56,170 bases of DNA from an uncultured virus (IMG/VR IMGVR_UViG_3300032299_001035) (IMGVR_UViG_3300032299_001035), one strand, 5' to 3'; shown: positions 36,801 to 52,000, numbered from the stretch's first letter. Numbers and translations: made by a program. Notes: generated by a model from the sequence alone, not told the origin.

Positions 36801-37027
36801 ATCCTAAAGAATATGGTTTAGATAATATTTTAAAAGAAATTAGAAGTGTAGGAATTAGAAATATAAATATTATAGAACAATATTTTAAGCAACAAAAAGA
36901 AAAAGATAAACAATTAGAAGATCAAAAAGCAGCACAACAAGCAGAAGCAAATAAAAATAATCCAAGTAATAAATTACCTAATGAAACTTTTGAAGAATTT
37001 AAAAAAAGAACATTAAAAAATAAATAA
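33866..37027 (+). CDS. Large helical ejection/cargo protein preceding the virion RNAP
   Basis: 1053 aa, helical and coiled-coil composition; synteny with the crAss RNAP-associated cargo genes. Confidence 0.6.
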   Translation: MATYLQGVTDTGFNSVNTTPNLPYMMNALQKVTARYEKNYNELSNEYSKITNSLLLNPENNEFRNKFLDNSKSALKTLSTQDLSIQSNVDQAEQIFSPFWEDKDLMADYVTSNNYQQQVQRHSALRDSDKEEDRKQAWDMGLAYVNLTASEMALAKRGDGSIQNIKVRPYVPYKDVSAEISKGLKDMGYGDGIVQSTAGNGYILTVTNGKGTSEIYSNAIRKFLDGRQDLKEIFKVQGVTNFQSDVFNVLSKDPSLSREKAEFLVKQNFANKRIELYETNIKIGDEQINGNKEYKGLIKDIQETEDPVLRDLYEGKITTDSDSYKELIEKKEKLSELLNVKSLYESKITALKSNDYYGTKGEDYFTNMFMESFIDDNAKTREAAVSKKITSDASYRSAVELDAQLKMFNARMELAEQKLGIAQQKANAESSTVDGTGGLITTDANGNIIIESKDKKTGKKEKTKIEELDTPVVGGFYGQAKDLEKSAYYNLQSTKEQSKDGAVSNASIYLNKSSLMTSGVPNINKYIDYLNHYATGGKQTTGVFIASEIDAAYKTLKEKGIITVGRYTDSPNLQLNQLVGHVDANGGATDDETKLARINYEYYSKVFQQIDAIDKEFNEDYRKKAPNQSLNIHVEKNKNNEYEFITAEKLSKDYPQLNEKNQKFNLPLNLMQQYIDGTLSYEKEPVYKYNTYAGENRSGRYLVGTNYYITDPSTGKRLHTITKMINKYGTPEEVAAKRKEYENEQNKAYNQFAKSKGSLNNDDWVMSRQLKFRNDPEDKTEDKAAQIAYDAVEEYKGNVIKGSGGIIKPTNYDSLIKGTSEKAVKKLIDNLLSNQNTLSSVLANSYLSYQGETKDFSNVKLEFDDKKLLEFAKNLNPSSKTDISEFAMAANNILINGLTFNVSKNLFKRYAQDNYMTTLVTDKMLSKTLKASDYERNTLHFDYTISLGSRNQISVKYKTQKYNVLRKAYEDTEELYETYPKEYGLDNILKEIRSVGIRNINIIEQYFKQQKEKDKQLEDQKAAQQAEANKNNPSNKLPNETFEEFKKRTLKNK

Positions 37028-37069
37028 TATAATTTTTTAAATTAAATTTACAAATAATAAAAATAAATT

Positions 37070-40000
37070 ATGATTGATAATACTAAGTTTGCTACCTTAC
37101 CTATTAGTGGTGATATACCAGATATTTCTGAAAATAAAGAATTTAATCTTCCTGATAATAATTTACCTGCAAGCCCGTACTTAAATACTCCAATTTATGT
37201 ACCATCTAGCAAACCACAATATACCAGTGTAGGACTTTCATCAGATGAAATTTCTAATTCATTACTTTTAGGCAAACAAAGATTATCACAAGATCCTTTT
37301 ATTAAAGCACAACGTACAGAAGTTCCTGAAGTTGCAGGATATGATTTAATTAAAGAATCACCTAACTTTCAAAAAATAGGTGTTTTTCCAGGATTAGATG
37401 TAGAAGAAACATATGGTACAGCTGAATCAGGTTGGGAAAAATTATCTAAAGGTATATTTGGAGGAGGAGAATTGGCAATACGTCAGTTTACAGATCAGTT
37501 ATTTTCTTGGGATGATACAATAAATATTTTTGCTGGAAACAGTCCATTTAAACAAGCAGAGTTAGATGCTGAAAATGAATGGCAAAATAATTTTAATAGA
37601 AAGTATCATATATTTCAAACACAAGAAGATAGAAATACTTTTTTTAATATGTCTAATTTAGCTAATACTATACAAACTTCTGGGTATGGTATTGGTGCTG
37701 TATTAGAAATGGCAGCAGAAGAATTTGCTTTAAGTGCATTAACTGCTGCTACATTTGGTGCAACTTCAGAAATACAAGCTGCTAGAACTATACAATTAGG
37801 TTTTAAATTAGGAAAAGTAATTAAGAATACAAGAAATCTTGAAAAATCATTACAAGGAACTAATACATTAAGAAAAATATTTAATAGTTCTGTAGCTAAA
37901 TTTATAAACCCTATAGATAATTTAACAGATTTTGCTTCTACAATAGGTGTTGCTGCAAGAGCTGACAGAAGGGTATATGGTGCAACTACAGGTGCTTTAA
38001 GAACAACAGCTAGAGGATTTGGTGCATTTTATAGAGATTTAAGAATGTTAAATGCTGGTATTACAGAAGCCAAAGCAACTGTTGCACCAACAATGAATGA
38101 AGCTTATGAAATGGCCGTTGAGGAATATAGAAAAATAAATAATGTTGAACCTAGTGAAGATATTAAAAATAATTTAAAGCAAAAAGCATTTGAAGCAGTA
38201 CAAGTAGAAGGTGCTGTTCAAGCAACATGGATAGCATTAAGTGATAGAATTTCTTTTGGTGGTGTTTTAAATAAGTTTAAAGGATTAAGATTTTTAGATG
38301 ATGGTTTAGTAGCTAAAGGAATTTTTACTAATACAAAAAGTGCAATAAAAGAAGGAGGTGATTTATTTGTAGCTAAAAAAGGAATTCCTGCATTTGTACA
38401 TCAGTTAAAAGTATCACCTGTTAAAACTTTAATAAAAGCACCTATAGTATATACTAAAAGTAATATAATGGAAGGTGTTCAGGAAAGTGGTCAAGATGTT
38501 ATTGACAGTGCTACTAAACAATGGTACATGTATAAGTATGGAAGTGATGAGCAAAGAAAAAGTCAAAAAAATATGAATGACTTTCTTTATGCTGGTGCTA
38601 AAGAACAACTTACAATGGATGGTTTAAAAACATTTATGAGTGGTTTTTTAACAGGAGGTATTATGAATGTACTTGGTAAAGGTATAAATTTAAGTGGATC
38701 TCTTTATGAAAAAACAGTTAATAAAGACGGATATAAATCAAGTGTAGAAAGAGCAGATGCAGAAAGAAATAAATTAGTTGGTACATTAAATAGTTCTACA
38801 AATAATAAAACAAATTTTTATAGATCTCTTGTAGAATTAAATTCTGCAATGAATGAATCTGCAAAAAATGGTAGAAAAAAAGAATATTGGGATAATAAAA
38901 ATGATTTTATAAATAATTATGTATTAAGTATTGTTAAATCAGGAGTAGAAGATGTAGTGATAGACAGAATGAGAGAATCTGTTAATGATTTAACTGTAGA
39001 TGAATTTAAACAAGCTTATGCAGGTTCTATTCATGAAGGTTTATCTGAAGAAAAATCTAAAGATACAATGCGTGATTTACTTAATACTTTTGAAACTAAA
39101 GTAAAAGAAGTAAAAGAAACTTATGAAGATATAAAAAATAATTATGGTAATCCTTATAATCCAAAACAATTTAAAATAGGAACACCAGAATATGCTGCTG
39201 AAGTAGCTAATTTTATGGCAGCAGAAGAAGCAATTAATCAAATGGCTTTTTCTAAATCTACATATATAGATATTGCTAAAAGACAACAAGGAATTTTAAA
39301 AAATATTAAAGGGTATGTTCCTAATTTAAATTTTAATACATTATATTCTTTAACTTCCCCTTCTATTGCATTAAAAAAAGAATTAGATATATTACAAAAA
39401 GAATATGAAAGTACATCTGATGAAACTTTAAAAACAGAGAAAAAACAAAAAATAGATTTATTAACTAAGTATAAAGAAAACGTAGAAAAAACATCAAAAG
39501 AAATTGAAGAAATAAGTTCTAGTTTTGATAAAACATTAAGTGAAACAGAAAATAAAAAAATTATTTTTGATAAAATTAATGAAATTAAAACAGAGTTTTC
39601 AAAAGAAAATGCAGAAGCAATTAATGAAATTTTAAAATTAGAAAATAAAGATTCAGAATCTGCTATTACTACAGATGCTGTTAATAAAACTGTAGGTGAT
39701 ATATTTGATTATTTACAATTACAAAGTGACTTTGAAGATTCATTAAGTTACTTTAATACAATAGCTAATCCTAATTCATTTCAAAGTTTACATGAAGCAC
39801 ATCTTGCAGAACAATTAGAGATGATGGGTGATATTAGTTTATATCAACAAGCAGGTAAAGATTACTTAGAAAAAAATCCAAACAACACTAAACATTTTGT
39901 TTTATATATTAAAAAGAAACATGTTCTTTATTCTCCTAAAGGAGAATATATAAGTAAACATGATACTAAAGAAGATGCTGAAGCTATAGCAGAACAGTAT

Positions 40001-43000
40001 GATGAAATGTTTGATGAAAATGCTAACAGAATAACTATAACTGTTACAGATCTTAATGGTGAAGAACGTAATGTTGAAATAATAGAAAATAATTTTTATC
40101 TTACAGAAGAAAATCAAAATGTAAAAGAAACTAAAGCAGAAGGATTAACAGAAGATGAAAAAAAATCTGAAGAAGAAATTATATCTAATGAAAATTTAGA
40201 TACGTTAGAACAAAAACCTACTACACTAGTTAAAACAGAAAAAGATTTAATTTTAGATAGAAAAAATAAAGAATTAGAAAGTATTACAGAAATTGAAAGA
40301 TTTGGTGGTGTAAAAGGTGCATTAAGTAAAGTAATTGTTCCTGAAAAATATCAATATTACAATATAAATGAAAAAGGAGAATCAGAAAGACAATTTGTAT
40401 CTACTAAAGAAAAAGCAATTGAAATAATTAATAAAAAATATAATGAATTATTAAAAGAATTAAAAGAAGAACCTGTTGCAACTACATCTATTAAATCTTC
40501 TACAAAATTTAAAAAAACTACAAGTAAAGAAAAAAAATCTAAATTTAAAAGAGATGTAATTAAGATTATTTCTATAGAAGAAGATGTAATAAGTTATCAA
40601 GTTAATTATCAACCTGAAATTCAAAAAAAATCAGCAGAAGAATTTGGTAAAGAATTTGGTTATTTAATTAATTTTAAAACTATTAGTGCATATGAAAGAT
40701 TTTTCTATACAAATAGAAATAAAAATTTTAAAATTAAAGTAAATAAAAAATATTCAAAACCACATAAGTTAGATGATAATGATTATTCAAATGTAAGTTA
40801 TACTGTAGATGCAGTGTTAGTAGGTGAATATAATGATAAGGGAGAGTTTAAACTTTCTATGAAATATAAAAACCCTAATCCAAAAAGTAAATTAAAAATT
40901 GTTAAAGTTCCTTTTAACATTAAATATTATGAAAAGTATGCATTAAAAAGACAACCTGCTGGGTATGGTTTATTAATAGATAGTCTTAATAAAGATATAT
41001 TATATGAAGAAGCTGAAAGTCAAAAAGCACAAGATTTAGAAGATCAAGAATCTGCATTGGGAATATTAATAAAACGTGTAGAAAATAAACTTCAAGAAAC
41101 AGAAGCTAAAAGAGAAGCTAATACTAAAAGATTAGAAGACTTACGTGCAGAATTAGAATTACTTCAAGAAGATTTAGCAACAGCTGAAGAATATTTAAAA
41201 AACAATCCTTACAAAGGAAAGGGAAATAAATCAACAGCATATAAAACTATGATGGAAAAGTTAAATACTTTTCCTGAAATTATTCAATCTGTTGAAGCTG
41301 CAATTTTAGATTTAACTGAAGAATTAGATTCTTTAACTGAAATATATGATGCGTCTGTTTTAGCAAGAGATAATTATTATAGTGCATTAGATGAAATAGA
41401 AAAAACAAAAGAAAGATTTCAACAAGATGTAAATGGTAATATTTACACTGAAGAAGAAAGTAATTTAACTGAATTTAGATCTAAACTAATTACTCAAAGA
41501 TATAATAAAGAACAAGTAGATAATTTTATACTTAACACAGAAATTGAAATTGAAGAATTAAAAGATATTATTTCAAATTTTGAAAATATTGCTAATAAAT
41601 ATAAAGAAATATGGGCCAGGTTATCTCAAAATTTAGATGTTATTGACATATTAAATAATGATGATAATAAACAAAGATTAGCAATTTATTTAAAAAATAT
41701 AGAAAGAAGTAGTGGTGAAGATGAAAAAACTGTTAAATTTATTAAAGCATTAAGAAAAAGTATAGTTAATAATACAACTTATATTGATACAGTTAAAGAA
41801 ATAAGTTTAGCATTTAAAAATGCTAAAGAAGCATTTGATAAAATAGAAACTGAATTGTTTCCTAAATTACAAAGATTACAACAAGCATCAGAACAATTAA
41901 CTGAATTTAGTAAATTAAATGAAAGAGTAGAATTTTTAAAATTTATTCAAGATGAATTATTTGATGAAGTAAATTACATTCAAGAAAGAAGAAGAATTGA
42001 AATTGAAAGTACATCTGCAATGAAAGCAGAAATTGCTAAATTAAATCCAAATGCAAATATTGTAGAAATAGTTAATGGTGATGATTTATTTGTAGATGAA
42101 GATGGTTTTAAAAGACCATTATTATCATTAACTGCTTTATATTTAACTACTGGTAAACATTATTTAGATGATAATGTTACTATTAATATGGAATCTGGTA
42201 ATCCAAGATTTTTTAAATTTACAGAAAATATAAATGTAGAAACTGGCAATTATTTTTTAATGCCAATTACTAAAGACAATGATACATATGGTATAACAGT
42301 TGATAAAAATGATATAAAAGTTATTGTAGTAAAACATGAAAATAATGAATATTTACCTGTTGATATAAGTGGACAAGTTATTGAAAATCCTAATGCAGAT
42401 AATATTGTTTATACTAGTTTACGTATGAATAATGATGCATTATTTGGAAGCTTAGAAGCTGCTACTGAATGGGTAAAAAGTAAATTTACTACAAAAGGAT
42501 TAACTACTGAACAAATCTCTAATATGATATATAAATATAGAGATTTTGTTACCAATATTAGAAATACAATATCTAGTGATGGTGAAATATTTTTACCTAT
42601 TGCAAGAAAAACAGTAGGTGCACAAGTAATGTTACCTATAGGAGTTAATGGATTACCTCAAGAACTTACATTAGAAGGTAGATTAATTGAAGAAAGAACT
42701 CCTGATTATGGAAATTTAAGACATCCTAATGGTCAAGCTATTGAATTAAAAGTTGCTACAGATAGTTCAGACGGTATTAAACCTGGTCGTCTTTATATGA
42801 AAAGAGAAGATGGTCAAATATTTAGGGTGTTTAACCGTCAATTAAATGAAGATGAAAAAGATAACTTTATTAACTTACTTAAATATTTATCTAAATTAAC
42901 TCAAAAAGAAAAGGTAGAAAAACTAAATAATATAGAACAAACTAATAAAGAAACTATATTAAAATATTTTAAAGGTTTAGTTTTTTGGACAACTGAAGAT

Positions 43001-46000
43001 AATCCTTCTGAATCTGATAATAGATTTTATATAAATGAAAAAGGAATACTTTATAGAGGTAGAACTGCATATGATTTAAATGAATCTATTATTGAAGAAA
43101 ACAAAGAAGACATTGTTTCAGGATTAAGACATCAAGTTAATAATTCAATGTTAACTGAAAGTAATACACCTTTTTATGCAATGTCTACAGATAATGAAGG
43201 TAATCCTATAATTGATGAAAAGTATTCTAATTATACAGAATACTTATTTAAAAATTCTGAACCTGTTGTTTATACCAATGTACCTAGATATGATGAAACA
43301 GATGTTACTACACCTCAAGTAAAAAATGTAAACCTTGTTTATATTAATGCTGATGATCAGTTTACTCCTATTGTTAATTTTAAAAATCAGGAAACACTTA
43401 CTCTTCCAGGTTTAGGAAAAACAAAACTTAAAGTACAATTAGCTAATACAAATAGTTCAAATACTGTAGCATCTACTGCTCCACAAACTGAAAAAAAATC
43501 TGGAAAATTATTAGTACAATTTGCTACTCCTGAAACTAAAGAAGCACCTGCTGCAAAACCTGCTACTCTTACTGTACAACCAGCTTCTGTTGGTAGTAAA
43601 TTAGAAGCTATACAACAACAAAACATATTACCACAAAATATTGTACCAGAAGAACCTGTTCAACAATTTACTGAAAAAGAAAAAAATGAAGCTGCAAAAG
43701 CTTTTGGTAATGGAATTGGTAGTTCTGTTTTTTTTGGAAAAAAACCTAACATAGAATATAGATTACAATTAGATAAAAATGTAACTCAAATAGAAGATTT
43801 TGATAAAGTTGTAGAATGGTTTGCATCTAGATTACCAAATATTAAAGTAGAAAAAGTTTATGAATTGATAGATGGAAAAGCATGGGGTGCATTTAAAAAT
43901 AGTGTAGTTTATATTTATGAAAATGCTGAAATAGGTACTGCTTTTCATGAAGCATTTGAAGCAGTGTGGAATGGTTACTTAACTACACAAGAACAAAATG
44001 AATTAGCTGAAGAATTTAGAAATAGAGAAGGTAATTTTACTAATCCTTTTACTAAAGAAACTAAAAATTATTCTGAAGCTTCTGATTATGATGTAAAAGA
44101 AATGTTAGCTGAAGAATTTAGAAGTTACATTTTAGAAGAAAATAATGATATTAAATCTAAACAAAAAACAACTTTTGGAAAAATTAAAGATTTCTTTAAA
44201 AATCTTTGGAATACAATTAAAAAATATATTGGTATTTCTAAAAATGATAAAATAGAAGGTGATAGTCTTATTAATAATTTATTTAATAAAATAAATAAAG
44301 GTAATTATTCTAATGTAAGATTTGCTAGAACCGTAGAAGAAATGGGTACTTCATATAGAGAAGCTATTAAAGATACCACTCAAGAATTTACAACTCAATT
44401 TATAGATGGATTAAGTTCATATTTTTTTATTAATTTAAATAATCCTAATTTAATTAAAGATGATAAAGGTAATTTTATTAAACTTAATATTGAATCATTA
44501 TTAACAGAAGATACAAATAATAATAAGATATTAAAAAAATTATTTGAAGAAAGTATGTCTAATGTTTATTATGACATATATGAAAATGGTTCTGTATTTT
44601 TTGATAATTATTTTATGCCTTCATATTATAAATATAAAAAATCTATTGGAAGAGAACTTACAGAAGAAGAAATTGAAGAAATAAAAAATCAAGCATATAA
44701 TTTATTTTCTACAAAAAATAAATATGCTAAAATGCTTGAAAATGCTTTTCAAAATCCTACAATTGTATATAATATATTAAAAAGTTCTTTAACAAAATTT
44801 GGATTACAATTTGTTGAAACTGAAGAAATTGATAGTGAAAATGAAAATGAAGATGCTCCAAATGAAATAGATGTAGTTGATACATCTGGAATTAAAGATA
44901 CTGTTTTTATAGATCCTAGAAGATTAACAGCTACATCATTTAGAATATTAGTTGGTAGTTTAACAAATGATGTATATGATTCTGCAAACAATATTATATT
45001 TAAAAGAAATTCTTTAAACTTACCTGAATTAGTAGATTATGATTATACATTAAATATGCTAATAAATGAATTAAATGGTACTTATTCAAGAATAAAAGAA
45101 GAAAATGGTGAAGTTATTTTTCATGATGCTTTAAAATTAATGTTTAATAAACTTGATAAAAAATATTATAATGAAGTATCAAAACAATATAAACCAGGTT
45201 TTGTTTGGATAAAAAAATTAAAGAGTAGATTAAATTATGCAGGTCAAACTGAAAATTATTTTACAAAACAAGTATTAGATTTAAATGATATAAAACTACT
45301 TGTTGGTTTTGAAAAATCATTAATGAATAAAAAGAATAATCCATTAACTCTTGTTTTAGATGAAGATGGTAGTATTTATTCAACTAATGCTTTAGAAAGT
45401 ACAAATGAAAAAAGAATTCGTGAAGAATGGCAAAATGAATTACCAAGAAATTTAAAACCTATTGGAGAAAAAAGTGAAAACAATAATCAACTTTTAGGTA
45501 TAGATAATGATGGTAATATTGTATTTGATACTAAAAGTTCTATATATAAAACTTTTGTTAAGCTTAAAAATAATAATGATAAAAACATTATGTTGGATAC
45601 AGCTCTATCTTATTTAAAAGAAATGGGAATTGTATTTACTGGTGTTAAGTTTGATAATAATAATAATGTAATATCTTCAATACCTCCAGCACTTACTAAT
45701 AAAAAAAATAAAATAATTAAAGCATTTATATACATTAAGAATTCAATTATTAATGATGGTATAACTAATATTTCAGATTTATTTTCTGTGAGTGGTAATG
45801 AATCAACTAATGTTAAAAATTTAATTAATATAGAAAAAGAAATGAGATTTGAAAGTTCTATATTAACACATTTAACTGCATCTGGTCAAACACAATTTTC
45901 AATTACACTTCCTGCAAGTATTAATTATATTTTATCATCTTTAAATGAATCAGAAACATTAGAAGATTTTGTATTATCTAATCCTCAATTTGGAACAGTT

Positions 46001-49000
46001 GGTATGAAAGATGGTAAAAAAGTAATTAGTTTATTTTCATATCAAAAAAATTCAGAACTTTTAAAACCAGGAGGTTTAATTTTTGATTTAGATGGTAACA
46101 AAAAAAATAATATAGATTTTAATTTAATTTCAGGTATAACTTCTATGGAAACTAATGGAGAAGATACAGCTAATTTAACTTATCCAGATAGAATTATGCA
46201 AGAAATAAATTATATTATAAATGCTGACAAAGAAGGATTAAAACCAATTTATTTTACATTAATAAATGCTGATAAATCTTCTGAATTTGGATTAACTTTT
46301 CCTAAACCATTTATAGATGTAATAACTTCTAAATTTGGTATTGATAGTTCTAATTTTAAAGATGTATTAAATATTTATTTAAATCATCTTTCTGATGAAA
46401 TTGATGCTGCTATAGTTGAAGAAAAGCTTAAAACTAATATTCAATATTATAGTGAAAATGTAAAATACTTAGGACACTTTAAAGATGTATTAAGATTTAA
46501 AACAGATAAAGAACTTAAAGAATCAGGTGCAAATAAATCTGCTTTACAAAAAAGATATGAAAAAGTATTGTCTGGTCAAATTTCTAAAGAAGAATTTTTA
46601 GCAGATAGTATTATAGTAGATTTAATTAAAAATGATTTAAGATCTACAGTTGATTTTACTATAGATGCTTTATTAGATTTAGGAATTATAGAAAAAATTG
46701 ATGATAATAAATTTATAACAACTTCTATAAATAAACAAATTTTAAAAGATCATTTTAATATTGATTGGGAAAATATGACATTAGATGATGTAAAAGCACT
46801 TGTTACTTATATAACTATAAATAAAGAATTAGCTATTACAGAACAACATAAATTGTTATATGGTCATCCTGCTTTATATAAAGATTTAGCAAAACGTGCA
46901 AATGGTATTAATTCATCAAAAGATGGAATTGTAGACAACCCTCATATAATTTCTAAATTAGATAAAGTAACACCTAGGTTTGATGAAAAAATAAGATCTT
47001 CTGAAAAAATACAAACGTTTAAAAATATTTCATTTAAAGATGTAACTGCTGTATCTAATGTTTATAAAGAAATAGCAGAAGGATTATATCAATCAATTAT
47101 ATTAGATGAGATAAATAAAAAAGATACTGAAATTAGAATTGGAGCAAACTTTAATGAAGACGGTACATTTAAAAATTTTATTCTTGATAAAAAAGGTAAG
47201 TTTACAGGTGAAATTAAAGCATATGTTGAATTAAATGAAGCAGATGGACAAGGTTGGATTATGCCTGATATGTATAGAGATATGTTATTTTTAAGTTCTA
47301 AACTTACAGATAAACAAATTCAACAGATTGATTATGAAATTGCTTATGAAATAAAAGCACGTTCTTCTAAACCAAATACAGATCCTGCATTTAGAGAATT
47401 TAAAAAAGGTAAATACACATTAAAATGGGCACAATCTATTCTTGATAAAGGAAATCCTGGTGTATCATTACCTGTTATTAAACCTCAATATTTTGGATAT
47501 GCTGTAAATACTGCAATGATGCAAACAGTATTTTTAAAACATTCAGTTCAACCTAAATTTTATAGAAGTGTTGAAGGTACTCAATATGAAAAATTATATT
47601 TAGCAGCACAAAAAAATCAAATTGATGTAGTAGGTTTTGAATCAGGAGAAAAGGTAGGAGCATTAGTAGATCCAAAAACAGGAACCTTTACAAGTATTGT
47701 TAAAGAAGATGGTAATATAAATGTAGAATTAAAAAATAAATCTTGGGATCTTCCTGCTGGATTACCTGTACAATCTCTTTATACTAAATATTATGGTATT
47801 CAAAGTGAACAACCTGCTGTATATAAAAACAAAGTAGTAAGAGGTACACAGGTTACTAAACTTATTATGTCTAATTTTAAAGTTAATGGAAACTTTATAA
47901 ATGCTAAATCAGAAAAATTAATTAATGAGTATAATAAAACTATTGATGAAATTACTAAAAAAGGTAAAGCTGAATTATTAGTTGAATTTGGTATTACTAT
48001 TAATGATAAAGGTGAATATGTTATAGAAGATTACAGAAATCTTGTAGATTTATTACGTAAAGAATTAACTAAACGTGATTTACCATCTAATTTAATAGAT
48101 GCTTTAAATGTAAATACTGAAACAAATGGTTTAATGTATAAATTTGATACATTAACAAATAGAAATAAAATAGATGAAATATTAAATTCTATTGTTAATT
48201 CTAGAGTTATATCACCAAAAATGTTTGGTAAACCTTCTGTACAAGTTGCATCTACTGGATATAATTCTACTAATAGAAGAATGATGTACCTTAAAGATGG
48301 TGCATATGTAGAACAAAAAACAGATGATGTATTAACTGAAGATGAATTAAAAACATTAATACCTACTTCATCAGATTTAAAATTCTATAAAATAGAAAAT
48401 GGTAAAATATCTAAAATGGAAGTTTATATTCCTTGGCCTTTTGAAGAAGTTAGTCCAGAAGATTTAGGAATAAAATTAGTTAATGGTATTTATAAAATAC
48501 CTGATACAATGGATAAAAGACTTTTAAATATGATAGGATTCCGTATTCCTACACAAGGTATGAATTCTATTGAAAATATAGTTATTAAAGGATTTTTACC
48601 TAGAGAAAATGGAGATATGGTAGTTGTACCAACAGAAATAGTAGGTAAAGCTGGTTCGGATTTTGATATAGATAAAATGAATTTATATATGTCAAATTAT
48701 AAAGTAAAGTATAGTAAATTTACAAATGAAGAAATAATAGAATTTAAAAAAACTGATTTTTACAAAAAGATTTCTGATAAATCTAAAGCAATGATTGTAA
48801 AATTAGGTAATGAAAAATTTCTTGAACTTATAGAAGATTTAAATAATTTTTCAGTTACAAAAAATACTGGTAAATATGGTAATTTAAAAGAATATTTAGA
48901 TAATAATAATATTACAGGTGCTGAAAATAAAATGTATACAGAATTAAAAAAATCATTAGTACAATATAATGCATACCGTAGAGAAATTATTAAAAATAAT

Positions 49001-52000
49001 AAAGATAATAAAAAACAATTTAAACCAATAGTTGAAGAATTAATTTATGTTGAAAGTAATGAAGACAATATGAAATCATTACAAAATAAACTTAAAGAAA
49101 TAATGGATGAGTTAATATCTCAACCAGAAAACTACCGTCAGCTTATTATGCCTAATAGTACAGCTACTCTTAAATCTTTAGCTGATGAAATAAATGATTT
49201 AAAACAAAAAGGTAGTTCTGAAAAATCAATGTTACTATTACGTAAGTTTGTACCATCAGCTGAAACACGTGAAAGATATCTTACAGGTAAACGTTTGGTT
49301 GGTATAGCAGCATTACAATCAACTAGTCATGTAATGTCACAAATATCTGACATTATGTTATCTGGAAATTATGATATAAGTAAAGTTGAATTTTTAGTTA
49401 AATATGATCCAACTTATGAAAAAAATGAAGATGGATATTATGAAAAAACTGTTACTATAAATTTATCATATAATGATAAAGAAATAGGTAAGTTTTATTT
49501 AAATGCTAAAACAGATGCTGAAGGTAGATGGATTTCTGAAAACATATCTGAAGCTTTATCAGGATTTGTAGATGCTGCTAAAGATCCGTTTATATTTGAC
49601 TTAAACATTAATTTTAATACAGCAGGTACTTGGTTTTATTTACAAAAACTTGGTGTACCAATGAAAGAAATTGCATACTTATTTAATCAACCGTCTGTAG
49701 ATAAATATATGCAACTTGAAAGTAAAAATAAATCTATTTTTAAAACAGTTAATGGAGATAATATTACTAGAGAACTTATATATATTAATGCCCTATCAGA
49801 ATATTTAGGAATAATTAATCCTAAAAATATTTCTACTATAGAACAAATAAACACTTTATCTAAAACTGTAGAAAAAGATGATATTGATACTTTTAGTTTA
49901 ATAAAATCTTTAAAGAAAGATATATTAAATCAAATAATTAATGTACGTTCAGAAACAAATAAACCTAGTACAGAAAAATTAAAAGAGTTAATTACTAATT
50001 TAAATGATCCTAAATACAAAACAACTGTTGAAGATGCAAAATTACAAATTGCATTATTATCAGATTATGTAGAATATGATGATCAAGCAAGTAATTTAAC
50101 AACATTTATTGGTACTATTGGATATGATAATAAAAAAACAAAGACTATAATAGAAAATCAAAATCAAAAGATTTCATGGGATAAAATGGTAAATACAGGA
50201 TTTATTGCTAATCCAGAATCAATATTAAAAAATACTTTTATTGGTGAAATGAAAAGTCAAAAAGAAGATTTGTTTTCTGTTTTTAAAGATATGTTTATTT
50301 CTTTAGAACCAAAAGCAGCACCTGTATTTCAAAAATTATATGACTTTTTAGAAAATAGAAAAATATTTTTAAATGCTGAAAAAAAATCATTATTGATTAA
50401 TAAGTATCAAAATTTCTTTATTGCTTATGTTATACAAAATACTAATGTTAAAATAAATAATATTGAAACTAACATATCATCTATGTTTAATGAATTGATG
50501 ATGAGTGGAAATTCAATTGCTAATCAGTTACAAAATCTTAAAAATTCACCTGATTTTAATATATCACAAAATTTAGCAGTTAAAGAATTAATTCCTATAT
50601 TTTCAAATAATGTTTCAGATCAAAATAATATTAAATTATTTAGAAATAAAATGACTACATATAAAAATGATGTATTAATTGAATCAATAAATAATTTATT
50701 AAATTATGCACAAGCATCTGGTAATACAGAACTAGAAAACTTTATTAATAATTTAACAGCATTTAGTATTTTACAATCTGGTTTACAAGATAGTACAATT
50801 AATTTTACTAAAATACTTCCAGCACATTTGTATAGTAAATTTATTAATGATATATTAAATGTATATTTAAATAATGAATCTGAAATTGATGCAGAATTAG
50901 TATGGCAACAATTTCATCAAAATAATAAAAATAATAGAGATATTGTAAAAAAACCTAAATTTAAAAAAATAGATAAAACTACAGGTAATATATTATTAGA
51001 TGTAGAATTTGGTGATTCAGAATATGAATTTATTTCATCTTCAATACCTAAAAAAGGTTTAACAAAAGATAAAATAGATAGTTTAATTGAAAATGAAAAA
51101 GGAGCTACTGCATTTGATTATTATGTTTACAAACGTATTGGATACAAAACACAAATAGTAAACAAAGTAGAAAAAGAATATGCTGTGTATATGCCTATGA
51201 TTCCTGTAGGTGATGGAAGAAATTATACTGAAACATCTAAATATAACATTACAAAATCTAATCTTAAAAAGAATAATATTGTTTCAGAAGAAGGTCGTAA
51301 AATAGGTTCTGTATATGAAGAAAGTGGTGCACCTGTTACTACTTCTAAATTTATTGTGCCAAATGTAATTACAGAAGGAGGTGTTGTATTAACACCAAAT
51401 GATATTGCTAAAATTAATGCAGTACAAAAACAAATGGATCAAGGAATGCTTACTCCTTCACAAGCAGCTGTTGCTCCTAATTTAAAAGTAGTTATGTTAA
51501 ATCAAACTGCTGATAAATCAAATAAAGGATTTAAATTATCTATAGACAAAAAAGGTAAAGATCAAGGTAAAGCAGATTTAGCAAATGCAATAGTAGGATA
51601 TGGTGTAGTAGGAAGTAGTAGTTACAAATATGTAGCAGATGCTATAAAACAAAATATTCCAGCAAATGGTAAAATTAAATTAAATTCTAGTGTAATTGCT
51701 TTTGTAACTGTTAATGGAAATAATAAAGCTTCAGAAGAATCTATAGAAAAAACATATTTAAAAGCTAAAAGTATTATAGATAAAGGAGGAACTGTAATAA
51801 TGGATTCTACAGAAGATGCTAATAGAACATATAATAAATCAGGAGAAGCTTTAGTACAAGAAAAATTAGGAAAACCTACAGGACAAACTTCTAAAGGTTA
51901 TAATTATTGGGGTAAAAATCCAGAAATTGAAAGTATTGCAAAAGAACCTGTTTTAGAAAAAGAAAAAACCTTAACTTTACAAGATGGTAATACATATGCT

